Shown: positions 53,372 through 62,546 of the stretch, piece by piece
How positions within the stretch are numbered: the first letter of the stretch is position 1
Layout of the letters: each line of letters opens with the position of its first letter
Assembly: GCA_016872535.1 (NCBI GenBank)
Contig: VGZQ01000004.1
Span: forward strand, 2,626-66,625
DNA: 64,000 bases
Reading direction: 5' to 3'
DNA from: Rhodospirillales bacterium
Lineage (GTDB): Bacteria > Pseudomonadota > Alphaproteobacteria > Rhodospirillales > 2-12-FULL-67-15
Position numbers and translations under genes: made by a program
The notes under the pieces: generated by a model
What the model was told of the DNA's origin: nothing
Databases searched by the model: none
Seen by the model: the letters and a program-made list of their open reading frames with translations, nothing else

Positions 53372-54022
53372 TCACTTCGTCAGCAGAAAGACCGCCTGTT
53401 CGCCGAACAGGTTGGCCGTGAAAAACCCGGCGCCGATGCCCCGCGCGCGCCCCGAAGAATCGAGCGACAGGCTGCGCTCGACGCGGAAGCCCATTTCGCC
53501 GCACAGCGCCACGAAATCCTTAATCGAACAGAGATGGATGTTGGGCGTGTCGTACCATTCGTGCGGCATCAGGTCGGATTTGGGCATCCGACCGCCGAAC
53601 AGGAAGTCGAGCCGGATCCGCCAGTAGGCGAAATTGGGAAAACTGACGATCGCATGCCGGCCGATGCGCATCATGTGGCCGAGCACGTCGCGCGGCGCCA
53701 CCATTGCCTGCAGCGTGTTGCTGAGGATGACGAAATCGAACGCGTCATCCGGATAGTCCTTGAGGTCGGTATCGGCATCGCCCTGGATCACCGACAGTCC
53801 CCGGCTGATGCACGCGTTCACGCCGGACATCGACAATTCGATGCCGCGGCCATCGACCTGCTTGAAGGTAGCGAGATATTCGAGCAGCGCGCCGTCGCCG
53901 CAACCGACGTCGAGAACCCGCGCGCGCGGTTCGATCATGTCGGCGATCAGCTGCAGGTCGATGCGCATGGCGCGCGAAATGTTCGTTTGCGCGCCCGCCC
54001 GTTCGTGGCTGGGGGCGGTCAT
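53372..54022 (-). CDS. metW: methionine biosynthesis protein MetW
   Basis: 216 aa with [13 protein letters not shown] and the MetW pattern. ATGA overlap with metX. Confidence 0.85.
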   Translation of the reverse strand: MTAPSHERAGAQTNISRAMRIDLQLIADMIEPRARVLDVGCGDGALLEYLATFKQVDGRGIELSMSGVNACISRGLSVIQGDADTDLKDYPDDAFDFVILSNTLQAMVAPRDVLGHMMRIGRHAIVSFPNFAYWRIRLDFLFGGRMPKSDLMPHEWYDTPNIHLCSIKDFVALCGEMGFRVERSLSLDSSGRARGIGAGFFTANLFGEQAVFLLTK

Positions 54023-55215
54023 CGCCCGTTTTTCCTCGGCAGCCCGCGATGCTCGGCGGCGCCGTCGAGAAAGCCCTCGAACACGCGATGGAATTCGGGC
54101 TCGTCGAGCAGAAAGGAGTCGTGGCCGTTGTCCGAGACGATCTCGGCGAAGCTGACATTGGCCGCGACTGCGTTGAGCGCGTGCACGATCTTGCGGCTTT
54201 CCTCGGTCGGGTAAAGCCAGTCGCTGGTGAACGAGATCAGGCAAAAGCGCGTCGCGGTGCCGCGGAACGCGTTGGCCAGCACCCCGCCGTAGCGCTCCGC
54301 CAGATCGAAGTAATCCATGGCGCGGGTGATGTAGAGATAGGAATTGGCGTCGAAGCGGTCGACAAACGTGCTGCCCTGGTGGCGCAGATAGCTTTCGATC
54401 TGGAAATCCGCGTCGAAGCCCCAGGTCACCGCGGCGCGGTTCTGCAGCTTGCGCCCGAATTTTTCCTGCAGCGCCTTTTCCGACAGATAAGTGATGTGCG
54501 CGGCCATGCGCGCGACCGCGAGCCCGCGGTGCGGCCGAGCGCCGCGCGCCGCATAATCGCCGCCGTGCCAGTCGGGATCGGCCATGATCGCCTGGCGGCC
54601 GACTTCGTGAAAGGCAATGTTCTGGGCGGTGTGGTGGGCGGCGGCCGCGATCGGCACCGCCGCGAACACGCGTTTCGGGTACAGCGCCGCCCATTCCAGC
54701 ACCTGCATGCCGCCCATCGATCCGCCGGTGACGGCGAACAGGTTGTCGATGCCGAGGTGATCGACCAGCATCGCCTGGGCACGCACCATGTCGGCGATCG
54801 AAATGACCGGAAACGAAAGTCCCCACGGCTTACCGGTCGCCGGATTGATTTCCTTCGGCCCGGCGGTGCCCATGCAGCCGCCGAGAATGTTGGCGCAGAT
54901 GATGAAATAGCGTTCCGTGTCCAGCACCTTGCCCGGCCCGACCATCATGTGCCACCAACCGTCCTTGCCGGTAACCGGATGCGGCTCGGCGACGAATTGA
55001 TCGCCGGTCAGCGCGTGACACACCAGAATGGCGTTGGAGCGGTCGGCGTTGAGCCGGCCGTAGGTCTGATAGGCGACGGTAAAGTCGACAAGCTCGACGC
55101 CGCAGTCGAGGCGGAGCGGCCTTTCGCGCCCGAGGCGAACCTGATGCCCCGGCAGCGGACGCGAGACCCGGGACGGTTCATTGCGCGACGGATCGGAAGA
55201 AGTGGTGGCGGTCAT
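54019..55215 (-). CDS. metX: homoserine O-acetyltransferase
   Basis: Motifs [11 protein letters not shown] and GGSMGGMQ (Ser nucleophile), plus C-terminal SDxGHD. ATG 55215 is preferred over the upstream 55281. Confidence 0.9.
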   Translation of the reverse strand: MTATTSSDPSRNEPSRVSRPLPGHQVRLGRERPLRLDCGVELVDFTVAYQTYGRLNADRSNAILVCHALTGDQFVAEPHPVTGKDGWWHMMVGPGKVLDTERYFIICANILGGCMGTAGPKEINPATGKPWGLSFPVISIADMVRAQAMLVDHLGIDNLFAVTGGSMGGMQVLEWAALYPKRVFAAVPIAAAAHHTAQNIAFHEVGRQAIMADPDWHGGDYAARGARPHRGLAVARMAAHITYLSEKALQEKFGRKLQNRAAVTWGFDADFQIESYLRHQGSTFVDRFDANSYLYITRAMDYFDLAERYGGVLANAFRGTATRFCLISFTSDWLYPTEESRKIVHALNAVAANVSFAEIVSDNGHDSFLLDEPEFHRVFEGFLDGAAEHRGLPRKNGR

Positions 55216-55392
55216 CGTTCCCGCGCGATCACGCCCAAGAAAACCCATGAACGGCCCCATTGCTAGGAAGGGGGGTGCCAAGAGTCAACGTTTTCTTTGA
55301 TTTTGCTCTTTGAATCGAAGAAGGCGAGCGTTATCACTAGCGGGCCGCCGACCATTTCCCCGTCCCGAAAATAACCGATTCGAGCCCCGTCC

Positions 55393-56334
55393 ATGAGCCC
55401 GCGCCGCGTCTCCCTCGCTTCCTTGCGCCGGCGGATCGACCGGATCGACGCGGCGATCCACGCCCTTCTGATCCGGCGCACGACCGTGGTCGAAGCCGTC
55501 AAGGACCTGAAGAAAAACGAGCGGGTCAAGATCAGGCCGGGCCGCGAGGCGGAGATCGTCTATCGCCTGGTCCGCCGCCACAAAGGCCCTTTTCCGGTCA
55601 CCGAACTGGTCCGCATCTGGCGCGAACTGATCGTCGCCACGCTCCGCTTCGAAGGCCCGTTTTCCGTCGCGGTCTTCGCGCCGCACGGCCACGGCGGAAT
55701 TTGGGACTTGGCGCGCGACCAATACGGCTCGTTCACCCCGATGACCCGCCACGAGGGCGCGCGCGCCGTCATCCGCGCGGTCGCCGATCATCGCGCCGCC
55801 GTCGGCGTGCTGCCGCTTCCGGCGGTCGACGAGGAGGAACCGTGGTGGCCCGATTTGATGCCGGGCCGGGCCGACAAGCGCGAGCGGATCTGGATCATCG
55901 CGCGGCTGCCGTTCGCCAGCGCGGGCAACGCGCGCGGAGCCGGCCTCGGCGCCTTCGCCGTCGCCCCGGCCATGCCCGACCCTTCGGGGCGCGACCGCAC
56001 CTGTCTCGGCGTCGCAACCGACGGCAACGTCGGCCACGACGCGCTCGAACGCGCCTTCGTCAAGGCGCGGCTCGGCCGGCCCGAATTGATCGGGATCGAA
56101 GATCCGCGTTCGGCTTCCGGCGACTTGTGGTTCGCCGACGTGCCGGGTTACGTGCGCGAGGACGATCCGCGGCTGGCCGCTCTGGCGAATGCTCTCGGGA
56201 ATTCCGTGTCTCGCCCGCCGACCGGCGGGACCGCGCGCGTCGCGATCCTCGGCGCCTACGGCGAGCCGTTGACCCCCGCCGACATCGCGCCCCGCGCCAC
56301 CACGCGCGGCAAACGAAAAGGGCGTCGGTCGTGA
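55393..56334 (+). CDS. chorismate mutase domain protein (AroQ-type N-terminus with C-terminal domain of unclear function)
   Basis: The N-terminal LASLRRRIDRIDAAIHALLIRR...REAEIV is CM type 2. The remaining ~220 aa are not confidently assigned. Its stop overlaps the hisC GTG. Confidence 0.7.
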   Translation: MSPRRVSLASLRRRIDRIDAAIHALLIRRTTVVEAVKDLKKNERVKIRPGREAEIVYRLVRRHKGPFPVTELVRIWRELIVATLRFEGPFSVAVFAPHGHGGIWDLARDQYGSFTPMTRHEGARAVIRAVADHRAAVGVLPLPAVDEEEPWWPDLMPGRADKRERIWIIARLPFASAGNARGAGLGAFAVAPAMPDPSGRDRTCLGVATDGNVGHDALERAFVKARLGRPELIGIEDPRSASGDLWFADVPGYVREDDPRLAALANALGNSVSRPPTGGTARVAILGAYGEPLTPADIAPRATTRGKRKGRRS

Positions 56335-57452
56335 ACACGTCGCCCAAGGCCCCCCCGCCCAAAGGACCCGCGCCGCGCCCCGGCGTTCTCTTGGTCGCGC
56401 CCTACGTGGGTGGCGAATCCGCGATCGAGGGGCTGGAGCGGGTCGTCAAGCTCTCCTCCAACGAAAACGCGTTCGGCCCGAGCCCGATGGCGATGGAAGC
56501 CTACGCGCGACTCGCGCCCGACATCCATCGCTATCCCGACGGCGGGTGCAAGACATTGCGCCGCGCGCTCGCGGCCGCCTGGAACCTGCCGGCGGAGCGG
56601 ATCGTGTGCGGAGCCGGTTCGGACGAGCTGATCGCGCTGCTGGCGCGGGCTTACCTCGGCCCCGGCGACGAGGCTCTTTACTCCGAGCACGAGTTCCTGA
56701 TGTATCCGATCGCGACCGAAGGCACCGGGGCCAAGGCGATCAAGGTCAAGGAAACCAACCTGACGGCGGACGTGGACGCGTTGCTCGGCGCCGTCACGCC
56801 CGCCACCAAGATGGTGTTTCTCGCCAACCCCAACAACCCGACCGGTACGTATCTTCCAGCCGCCCGGGTGCGCGCGTTGCGCGACCGGCTGCCCGATCGC
56901 GTGCTGCTGGTTTTGGACGCGGCCTACGCCGAATTCGTGACCCGCGCCGATTACACCGCCGGCAGCGAACTGGTGGAACCTGATGGCAACGTGGTCGTCT
57001 TGCGTACGTTCTCGAAGATCTATGGGCTCGGCGGCTTGCGCCTCGGCTGGGCTTTCTGTCCGGTCGCCGTCGCCGACGTTCTCAACCGCATGCGCGGACC
57101 CTTCAACGTCTCCTCCGCGGCGCAGGCCGCGGGCGCGGCGGCGCTCGCCGACACGGCGTTCGTCGCCAAGGTGCGCGCCCACGTCGAAACCTGGCGCGAA
57201 TGGACCGCCGCCGAAGCCCGCCGGCTCGGCCTCGAGGTCACGCCCGGGGTCGGCAATTTCCTATTGATTCATTTTCCGCGCCAGACCGGCCGCGACGCGG
57301 CGGCGGCCGACGCCTTTCTCAAAAGCCGGGGCGTAATCGTGCGGCGCATGGAACGCTACGGCCTGCCCCAGGCCCTCAGAGTCACCATCGGACGCGAAGA
57401 TGAAATGCGCGCCTTCGCCGCCGCCCTGGCCGATTTCGTCCACCGGGGCTAA
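56331..57452 (+). CDS. hisC: histidinol-phosphate / aromatic aminotransferase
   Basis: GTG 56331 (GTGA overlap). Motifs LSSNENAFGPSP, NPNNPTG and RTFSKIYGLGGLRLGW. Confidence 0.85.
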   Translation: MNTSPKAPPPKGPAPRPGVLLVAPYVGGESAIEGLERVVKLSSNENAFGPSPMAMEAYARLAPDIHRYPDGGCKTLRRALAAAWNLPAERIVCGAGSDELIALLARAYLGPGDEALYSEHEFLMYPIATEGTGAKAIKVKETNLTADVDALLGAVTPATKMVFLANPNNPTGTYLPAARVRALRDRLPDRVLLVLDAAYAEFVTRADYTAGSELVEPDGNVVVLRTFSKIYGLGGLRLGWAFCPVAVADVLNRMRGPFNVSSAAQAAGAAALADTAFVAKVRAHVETWREWTAAEARRLGLEVTPGVGNFLLIHFPRQTGRDAAAADAFLKSRGVIVRRMERYGLPQALRVTIGREDEMRAFAAALADFVHRG

Positions 57453-57461
57453 GGTTTCGCC

Positions 57462-58373
57462 ATGATCGCCAGGAAGAAAAGCCAGACCAAATCCGCGCCC
57501 CTATTCGGCCGCGTTGCTTTGATCGGCATCGGCCTGATCGGGTCCTCGCTCGCGCGCGTCGTGCGCCGCGAAGGCCTCGCCCGTCACGTCGCGATCGCCA
57601 CCCGCCGCCAGAAAACCCTCGCCGCCGCCAAGCGCCTGAAGCTGGGCGACAGCTACACGACCGATCCGGCCCGAGCGGCGAGGGACGCCGAACTGGTGGT
57701 GATCTGCACGCCCATGAGCGCCTACGCCGAAGTCGCCCGGGCGATCGCGCCGGCGCTGAAAGCCGGCGCCATCGTCAGCGACGTCGGCTCGGTCAAATCG
57801 CCGGTCGCGCGCGACATCGGCGCCCTGCTGCCCCGAGGCGTCCACCTGGTTCCCGGCCACCCCATCGCCGGCACCGAACATTCGGGGCCCGAGGCCGGGT
57901 TCGCCGAATTGTTCCGGGGCCGCTGGTGCATCCTCACCCCCAGCGCCCGGACCGACCGGAGTGCGGTCGCGAGGGTTGCCGAGCTGTGGCGCCGCGCGGG
58001 ATCGCGGATCGCGACCATGGACGCGGCCCACCACGACCGGGTACTGGCCATCACCTCGCACCTGCCGCACCTGATCGCCTACACCATCGTCGATACGGCC
58101 GCGCAACTGGAAAAGGACCTCCAGGGCGAAGTCATCAAATTCTCGGCGTCCGGCTTTCGCGACTTCACGCGCATCGCCGCGTCCGACCCGGTGATGTGGC
58201 GCGATATTTTTCTCGCCAACCGCGAAGCGGTGCTGGACATCCTGCAGCGTTTCTCCGAGGACCTGACCGCCTTGCAGCGGGCGATCCGCCGGGGCGACGG
58301 CGCGATGCTGCAGGGGACCTTCACCCGCACCCGCGCCATCCGCAAGGGCGTCATCGACGCCAAGCAGGCGTGA
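57462..58373 (+). CDS. tyrC: prephenate/arogenate dehydrogenase
   Basis: Rossmann ALIGIGLIGSSLA, catalytic GHPIAGTE and a PDH C-domain. Confidence 0.85.
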   Translation: MIARKKSQTKSAPLFGRVALIGIGLIGSSLARVVRREGLARHVAIATRRQKTLAAAKRLKLGDSYTTDPARAARDAELVVICTPMSAYAEVARAIAPALKAGAIVSDVGSVKSPVARDIGALLPRGVHLVPGHPIAGTEHSGPEAGFAELFRGRWCILTPSARTDRSAVARVAELWRRAGSRIATMDAAHHDRVLAITSHLPHLIAYTIVDTAAQLEKDLQGEVIKFSASGFRDFTRIAASDPVMWRDIFLANREAVLDILQRFSEDLTALQRAIRRGDGAMLQGTFTRTRAIRKGVIDAKQA

Positions 58374-59224
58374 TGTCGAAGCAAGCGCCGATGCCGCCGA
58401 AACCGAACGCCGACGACAAGGATCTCAAGGCCGCGCTCAAGACGGCCGAAGCGGCGCTCGAAGCCGCGATCCGTCGCGAACGCGACAACGCCGCCGCTGT
58501 CCAGCGCCGGATCGCCGAGGTCGTGCACGATATCAAGAATCCCGTCACCGCCCTGCTCGCCAACATCGAAATTCTGCGCAAGGAGTCCTTGGGGCCGCTC
58601 GGCGACGCCCGCTACAAGGCACTCGCCGACTCGATGCACGAATCCGGCTCGCGGCTGCTGGAATATTGCCAGGGATTGCTCGACGATTTCCTGCGCGACT
58701 CCCGACAACGGCAAAACGAAGCGCCACCGAACGACATCCGGGAAACGCCGCGGACCGTGGACGCGGCGGCGATGGTGCGCGAAATCGTCGCGCTCAATCA
58801 AGCGCTGGCCGAGGAACGCGGTATCCGCCTCGACGCCAAAATCGCTCCCGATTTTCCGCCCATCCACACTCTGCCGACTCATTTGCACCGGGCGCTGACC
58901 AATCTCGTCTCCAACGCCCTCAAGTTCACGCCCCGCGGCGGCAAGGTAATCGTTGACGCCCACCTCGACGCGGACAAGAACGCGGTGGTGCTGGTGGTGC
59001 GCGACACCGGGCCCGGCCTGACGGCGACCGACATCCTTCGGCTGCTGCGCTATGGCGCACCGACCCAATCGGAACACGGCGAAAGCGGCGCCGGCCTCGG
59101 CCTCGCCAACGTTGTCCATTTGGTCCGCGAGGCGGGCGGCGACGTCGAGATCGAGGGCGGGCGAAGCCAAGGCACCGCCATCATCCTCAAGTTCCCGCAC
59201 GAGCTGACGCGCGTGGCGGCGTGA
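58373..59224 (+). CDS. soluble histidine kinase without recognisable sensor domain
   Basis: Its ATG shares one base with the tyrC TGA. Coiled N-terminus, then H-box VVHDIKNPVTAL, N-box LTNLVSNALKF, G1 VRDTGPGL and G2 GAGLGLANV. No TM segment and no adjacent response regulator. Confidence 0.75.
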   Translation: MSKQAPMPPKPNADDKDLKAALKTAEAALEAAIRRERDNAAAVQRRIAEVVHDIKNPVTALLANIEILRKESLGPLGDARYKALADSMHESGSRLLEYCQGLLDDFLRDSRQRQNEAPPNDIRETPRTVDAAAMVREIVALNQALAEERGIRLDAKIAPDFPPIHTLPTHLHRALTNLVSNALKFTPRGGKVIVDAHLDADKNAVVLVVRDTGPGLTATDILRLLRYGAPTQSEHGESGAGLGLANVVHLVREAGGDVEIEGGRSQGTAIILKFPHELTRVAA

Positions 59225-59230
59225 TTTCGG

Positions 59231-59872
59231 CTACAGCCGCACGCCCGCGCCGGCGCGGGCCTTTTCCCACGATTCGTCGCCCTTGAGTTCGAACACGATG
59301 CTTTCGTCGGCGGGCGCGATCAGCCAATCGCCGCGCTCGATCTCGCCTTCGAGCTGCCTCGGGCCCCAGCCCGAATAGCCGAGCGCGAACAGATAGCGCT
59401 TGGGCCCGATGCCGAAGGATACCGCCTCGATCGCCGACGGCGCCATCGACCACGCGAACGGCCCCGCCACCTTGCGGCTGAGCGGATCGTCGAAATCGGT
59501 CGTGTGCAGGACGAAACCGTGCCTCGTCTCCACCGGGCCGCCGTAATGAACGACCAGATCGCCGCCCTGCGCGCCGCCTTCCAGGCCGAAGCCCTTCAGG
59601 AAATTCTTGATCGACGCGCTGCCGGTGACGCGGTTCACGATCAGCCCGAACGCGCCCTTGGCGTCGTGGGAAATCATGTAGACGACCGATTTCTGGAAGC
59701 GCGGGTCCTGAATTTTGGGCGCGGCGACCAGAAGCTGCCCGGCGAGGTAGACGTCGGTCGTCTTGCCGCCCGAAATATCATCCGAATGGCCGGGCGCCGG
59801 AATCGCGACGGCGAGCGCCGCAGCCGCCAGCCTCAAGGCGCGAACGAGTCGCCGGGCGCGCAAACCGCGCAT
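59231..59872 (-). CDS. YqgE/AlgH family protein with signal-peptide-like N-terminal extension
   Basis: Core LAGQLLVAAPKIQDPRFQKSVVYMISHD...GGPV matches YqgE/AlgH. It is preceded by MRGLRARRLVRALRLAAAALAVAIPAPG, with no in-frame alternative start. Confidence 0.75.
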   Translation of the reverse strand: MRGLRARRLVRALRLAAAALAVAIPAPGHSDDISGGKTTDVYLAGQLLVAAPKIQDPRFQKSVVYMISHDAKGAFGLIVNRVTGSASIKNFLKGFGLEGGAQGGDLVVHYGGPVETRHGFVLHTTDFDDPLSRKVAGPFAWSMAPSAIEAVSFGIGPKRYLFALGYSGWGPRQLEGEIERGDWLIAPADESIVFELKGDESWEKARAGAGVRL

Positions 59873-59880
59873 ACGCAAGG

Positions 59881-60987
59881 CTACCACGCCAACGCGGGCA
59901 CGGTCAGCAACGCGACCGGTCCGACGTAAAGCCGCCGTTCCTGCAGCGAAATCGGCAAAGTAAGATAGGGCCGGCCGCCTTCGTCGCGCCGCGCCAGCGC
60001 CGTCAGCGCCACCTTGGCCGCGAACGCGTTGGTCCCGCTCACGGCGCCCGCGTCGCGCAGCGCGTCGATGGTTTCCGAATAGCCCTCGATGCGCGCGGTA
60101 AACGCCCCGACCGGCTGGAAGGCGCCGTCGAGCGCCAGCGTGCCCTCGCCCGCCAGCGCCAGCGCGCCCCAGCGCCCTTCGACGCGGGAAAGCTCGATGG
60201 TGCCGCCGTCGTCGCGCCAGCGGCCAAACACGTCGCGCCAGCGGGCGAACGCGTCGCGCCCCTCCTCGACCGCGAGCCGTCCCCGTACTTCGCCCGCGAC
60301 CGCGATCCGCGCGATCTCGTCGCCGAGCGGCAGTCGCATGGCGTGCGGCGGACGAAAAGCCTCGACCGACCACGCGAATGTCTGGCTCGGCCGCGCGTGT
60401 TCCGGGCGCGAATCGGCTAGCGCGGCCGCGGCCGGGCGCCAATCGGCGCGCAGCCGTCCGACCGTAATATCCTTTTCCGCGACACGCCCGTGAACGCGGA
60501 TGCCGTCCGCCCGCAGCGCAAGGGCGGAAATGCCCGCCCCCGAAATTCCGGCCTCGAGCGCAAACGCGCGCGACGACACGGTCCAGCGCGCAAGCCCCGA
60601 AGCGTCGGCAGGGGCGATCGCGTGGGTTCCGCTTAAGTCCAGCGTGACGCGGTCGAGCGACCACGGACGCGCGGAAAACACGGCGCGGTCCGGGCGCCAA
60701 ATCCAGGTTCCGGACGGAAGCGCGACCGTCGCGCTCGGCGCCAGCAGTCGCGCGTCGAAGCGGAACGGAAACCCGCCGAGCGCGATGTCGGCATAGGCGA
60801 CGGCGATTCCTTGCACTTGGCGCGCGGCGATGAAGGCGCGTACGCCGTCGGCGAAACGCCCGGCAGCGTAGACCCAACCCGCGCCGTAGAGGGCCGCGAG
60901 CGCCGCCGCCAGGCCGAGGACGATGGCGATTCGGTGCGCGCGAGAATCCGCCGCGCGCGCGTCGCCGGCTGGTTCGGATGAGGTCAT
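59881..60987 (-). CDS. DUF2125-like membrane-anchored protein
   Basis: 368 aa from ATG 60987 with an N-terminal TM (IAIVLGLAAALAALYGAGWVY) and a GGFPFRFD motif I associate with DUF2125. Assignment is from memory. Confidence 0.6.
   Translation of the reverse strand: MTSSEPAGDARAADSRAHRIAIVLGLAAALAALYGAGWVYAAGRFADGVRAFIAARQVQGIAVAYADIALGGFPFRFDARLLAPSATVALPSGTWIWRPDRAVFSARPWSLDRVTLDLSGTHAIAPADASGLARWTVSSRAFALEAGISGAGISALALRADGIRVHGRVAEKDITVGRLRADWRPAAAALADSRPEHARPSQTFAWSVEAFRPPHAMRLPLGDEIARIAVAGEVRGRLAVEEGRDAFARWRDVFGRWRDDGGTIELSRVEGRWGALALAGEGTLALDGAFQPVGAFTARIEGYSETIDALRDAGAVSGTNAFAAKVALTALARRDEGGRPYLTLPISLQERRLYVGPVALLTVPALAW
60211..60260. repeat. 21-bp in-frame tandem duplication inside the DUF2125-like gene
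   Basis: GTCGCGCCAGCGGCCAAACAC / GTCGCGCCAGCGGGCGAACGC / GTCGCGCC (2.4 copies). This encodes the ARWRDVFGRWRD repeat. Confidence 0.4.
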
Positions 60988-61071
60988 CGGATCACCGGCG
61001 CTTCTTATAGAACGTTGCCAGGGCGGGCGCGAGACTTTACGGTCCTTGTCGCCCCTTGCCGTTGCCGCGCG

Positions 61072-61962
61072 ATGCCCGAAACCGCCGCCCACCCGACATC
61101 GCCCTGGTTCCGCTTCGCGCCCGCGTTTTTCGTGGTGATGTGGAGTTCGGGCTTCATCTTCGCCAAGCTCGGAACGCCGTACACCGAACCGTTCACTTTT
61201 CTCTTCGTCCGCTTTGCCATCGTCGCGGTTTTATTCGGGTTGCTCGCGCTCGCGGTCCGCGCGCGTTGGCCCGCCACGTGGCGCGAGGCCGGACACATCG
61301 CCGTCGCCGGCATGCTGGTGCAGGGCCTTTACTTGAGCGGCGTCTTCTGGGCGATCAGCCGCGGGCTCGGCGCCGGAATCGTCGCGCTGATTATGGGATT
61401 GCAGCCGATGCTCACCGCGGCCGCCGCCGGGATGGTCCTCGGCGAAAGAGTCACGCTTCGGCAATGGATCGGGCTCGCCGTCGGGTTCGCCGGAGTCGCG
61501 CTGGTGGTGACGGACCGGGACACTTCCGGCCTTGAAAACACGGCCGCGCTCGTCGCCAACGGCGTCGCCCTGTTCGCGCTCGCCGCCGGCGTGCTCTACC
61601 AGAAGCGCCACGCCGTCGCCATGGACCTGCGCTCGGGTTCCGCGATCCAGTTCGGGGCCTCCGCCTTGCTGGTGGGCGCGGGCGCGATCCTGACCGAGGA
61701 CATGCGCGTCGCGTGGACCGGCGAATTCGTCCTCGCCCTGGCGTGGCTGGTGCTGGCGTTGTCGCTCGCGAACTCCCTCGTCCTGCTCTCGCTGATCCGG
61801 CGCGGCGCGGCGGCCAAGGTGTCGAGCCTCTTCTACCTGGTGCCGGCGGTGACCGCGCTGATGGCTTTCGCCCTCTTCGACGAGCGCCTGAGCCCGATCG
61901 CGCTGGTCGGCATGGTCGTCGCCACCCTCGGCGTGGCGATGGCGACGCGAAACTGGCCATGA
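61072..61962 (+). CDS. EamA/DMT family transporter
   Basis: 296 aa from ATG 61072 with ten hydrophobic helices. Second EamA-type gene in the window. Confidence 0.8.
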   Translation: MPETAAHPTSPWFRFAPAFFVVMWSSGFIFAKLGTPYTEPFTFLFVRFAIVAVLFGLLALAVRARWPATWREAGHIAVAGMLVQGLYLSGVFWAISRGLGAGIVALIMGLQPMLTAAAAGMVLGERVTLRQWIGLAVGFAGVALVVTDRDTSGLENTAALVANGVALFALAAGVLYQKRHAVAMDLRSGSAIQFGASALLVGAGAILTEDMRVAWTGEFVLALAWLVLALSLANSLVLLSLIRRGAAAKVSSLFYLVPAVTALMAFALFDERLSPIALVGMVVATLGVAMATRNWP

Positions 61963-62516
61963 CTGGCGCGCGCAACAAGGATTTCTGGGTGTTCGGCTAC
62001 GGCTCGCTCATGTGGCGGCCGGGGTTCCGCTACCGGGAGCGCCGCGCCGCCCGGCTCTACGGTTTCCATCGCGCGCTTTGCGTCAATTCCGTGCGCTATC
62101 GCGGCACGTTGAAAAAACCCGGCTTGGTGCTGGGCCTCGACCGCGGCGGCTCGTGCGTCGGGCGCGTGTTCCGGGTCGCGGCCAAGGACTTCGCGCGGGT
62201 CATGGCCTACCTGCACGCGCGCGAAATGCCGCGCAAGGTGTACAACCCGCGCTGGCTTCGGGTCGAGACGCCCAAGGGACCGGTGCGGGCCTATACCTTC
62301 GTCGTCCGGCGCGACCACCCCCAATACACGGGCCGGCTTTCGCTCAAGGCCATGGTGCGAAAGATCCTCGCCGGACGCGGCATCGGCGGCACGTGCCTGG
62401 ACTACGTGCGCGAGACCGTGCGTCACATGGACGAGCTCGGCGTCGGCGACACGCCGCTGCACCGCGTGCTCGCGGCCGCCGAGAAGGCGGCGAAGACAAC
62501 GAAAAAGCGGCGCTGA
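61959..62516 (+). CDS. gamma-glutamylcyclotransferase (ChaC family)
   Basis: 185 aa opening FWVFGYGSLMWRPGF with ChaC-like continuation. ATGA overlap with the upstream gene. Confidence 0.8.
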   Translation: MTGARNKDFWVFGYGSLMWRPGFRYRERRAARLYGFHRALCVNSVRYRGTLKKPGLVLGLDRGGSCVGRVFRVAAKDFARVMAYLHAREMPRKVYNPRWLRVETPKGPVRAYTFVVRRDHPQYTGRLSLKAMVRKILAGRGIGGTCLDYVRETVRHMDELGVGDTPLHRVLAAAEKAAKTTKKRR

Positions 62517-62546
62517 ACGCCCCTCACTCGCGCTTGGAAGCCGCCG

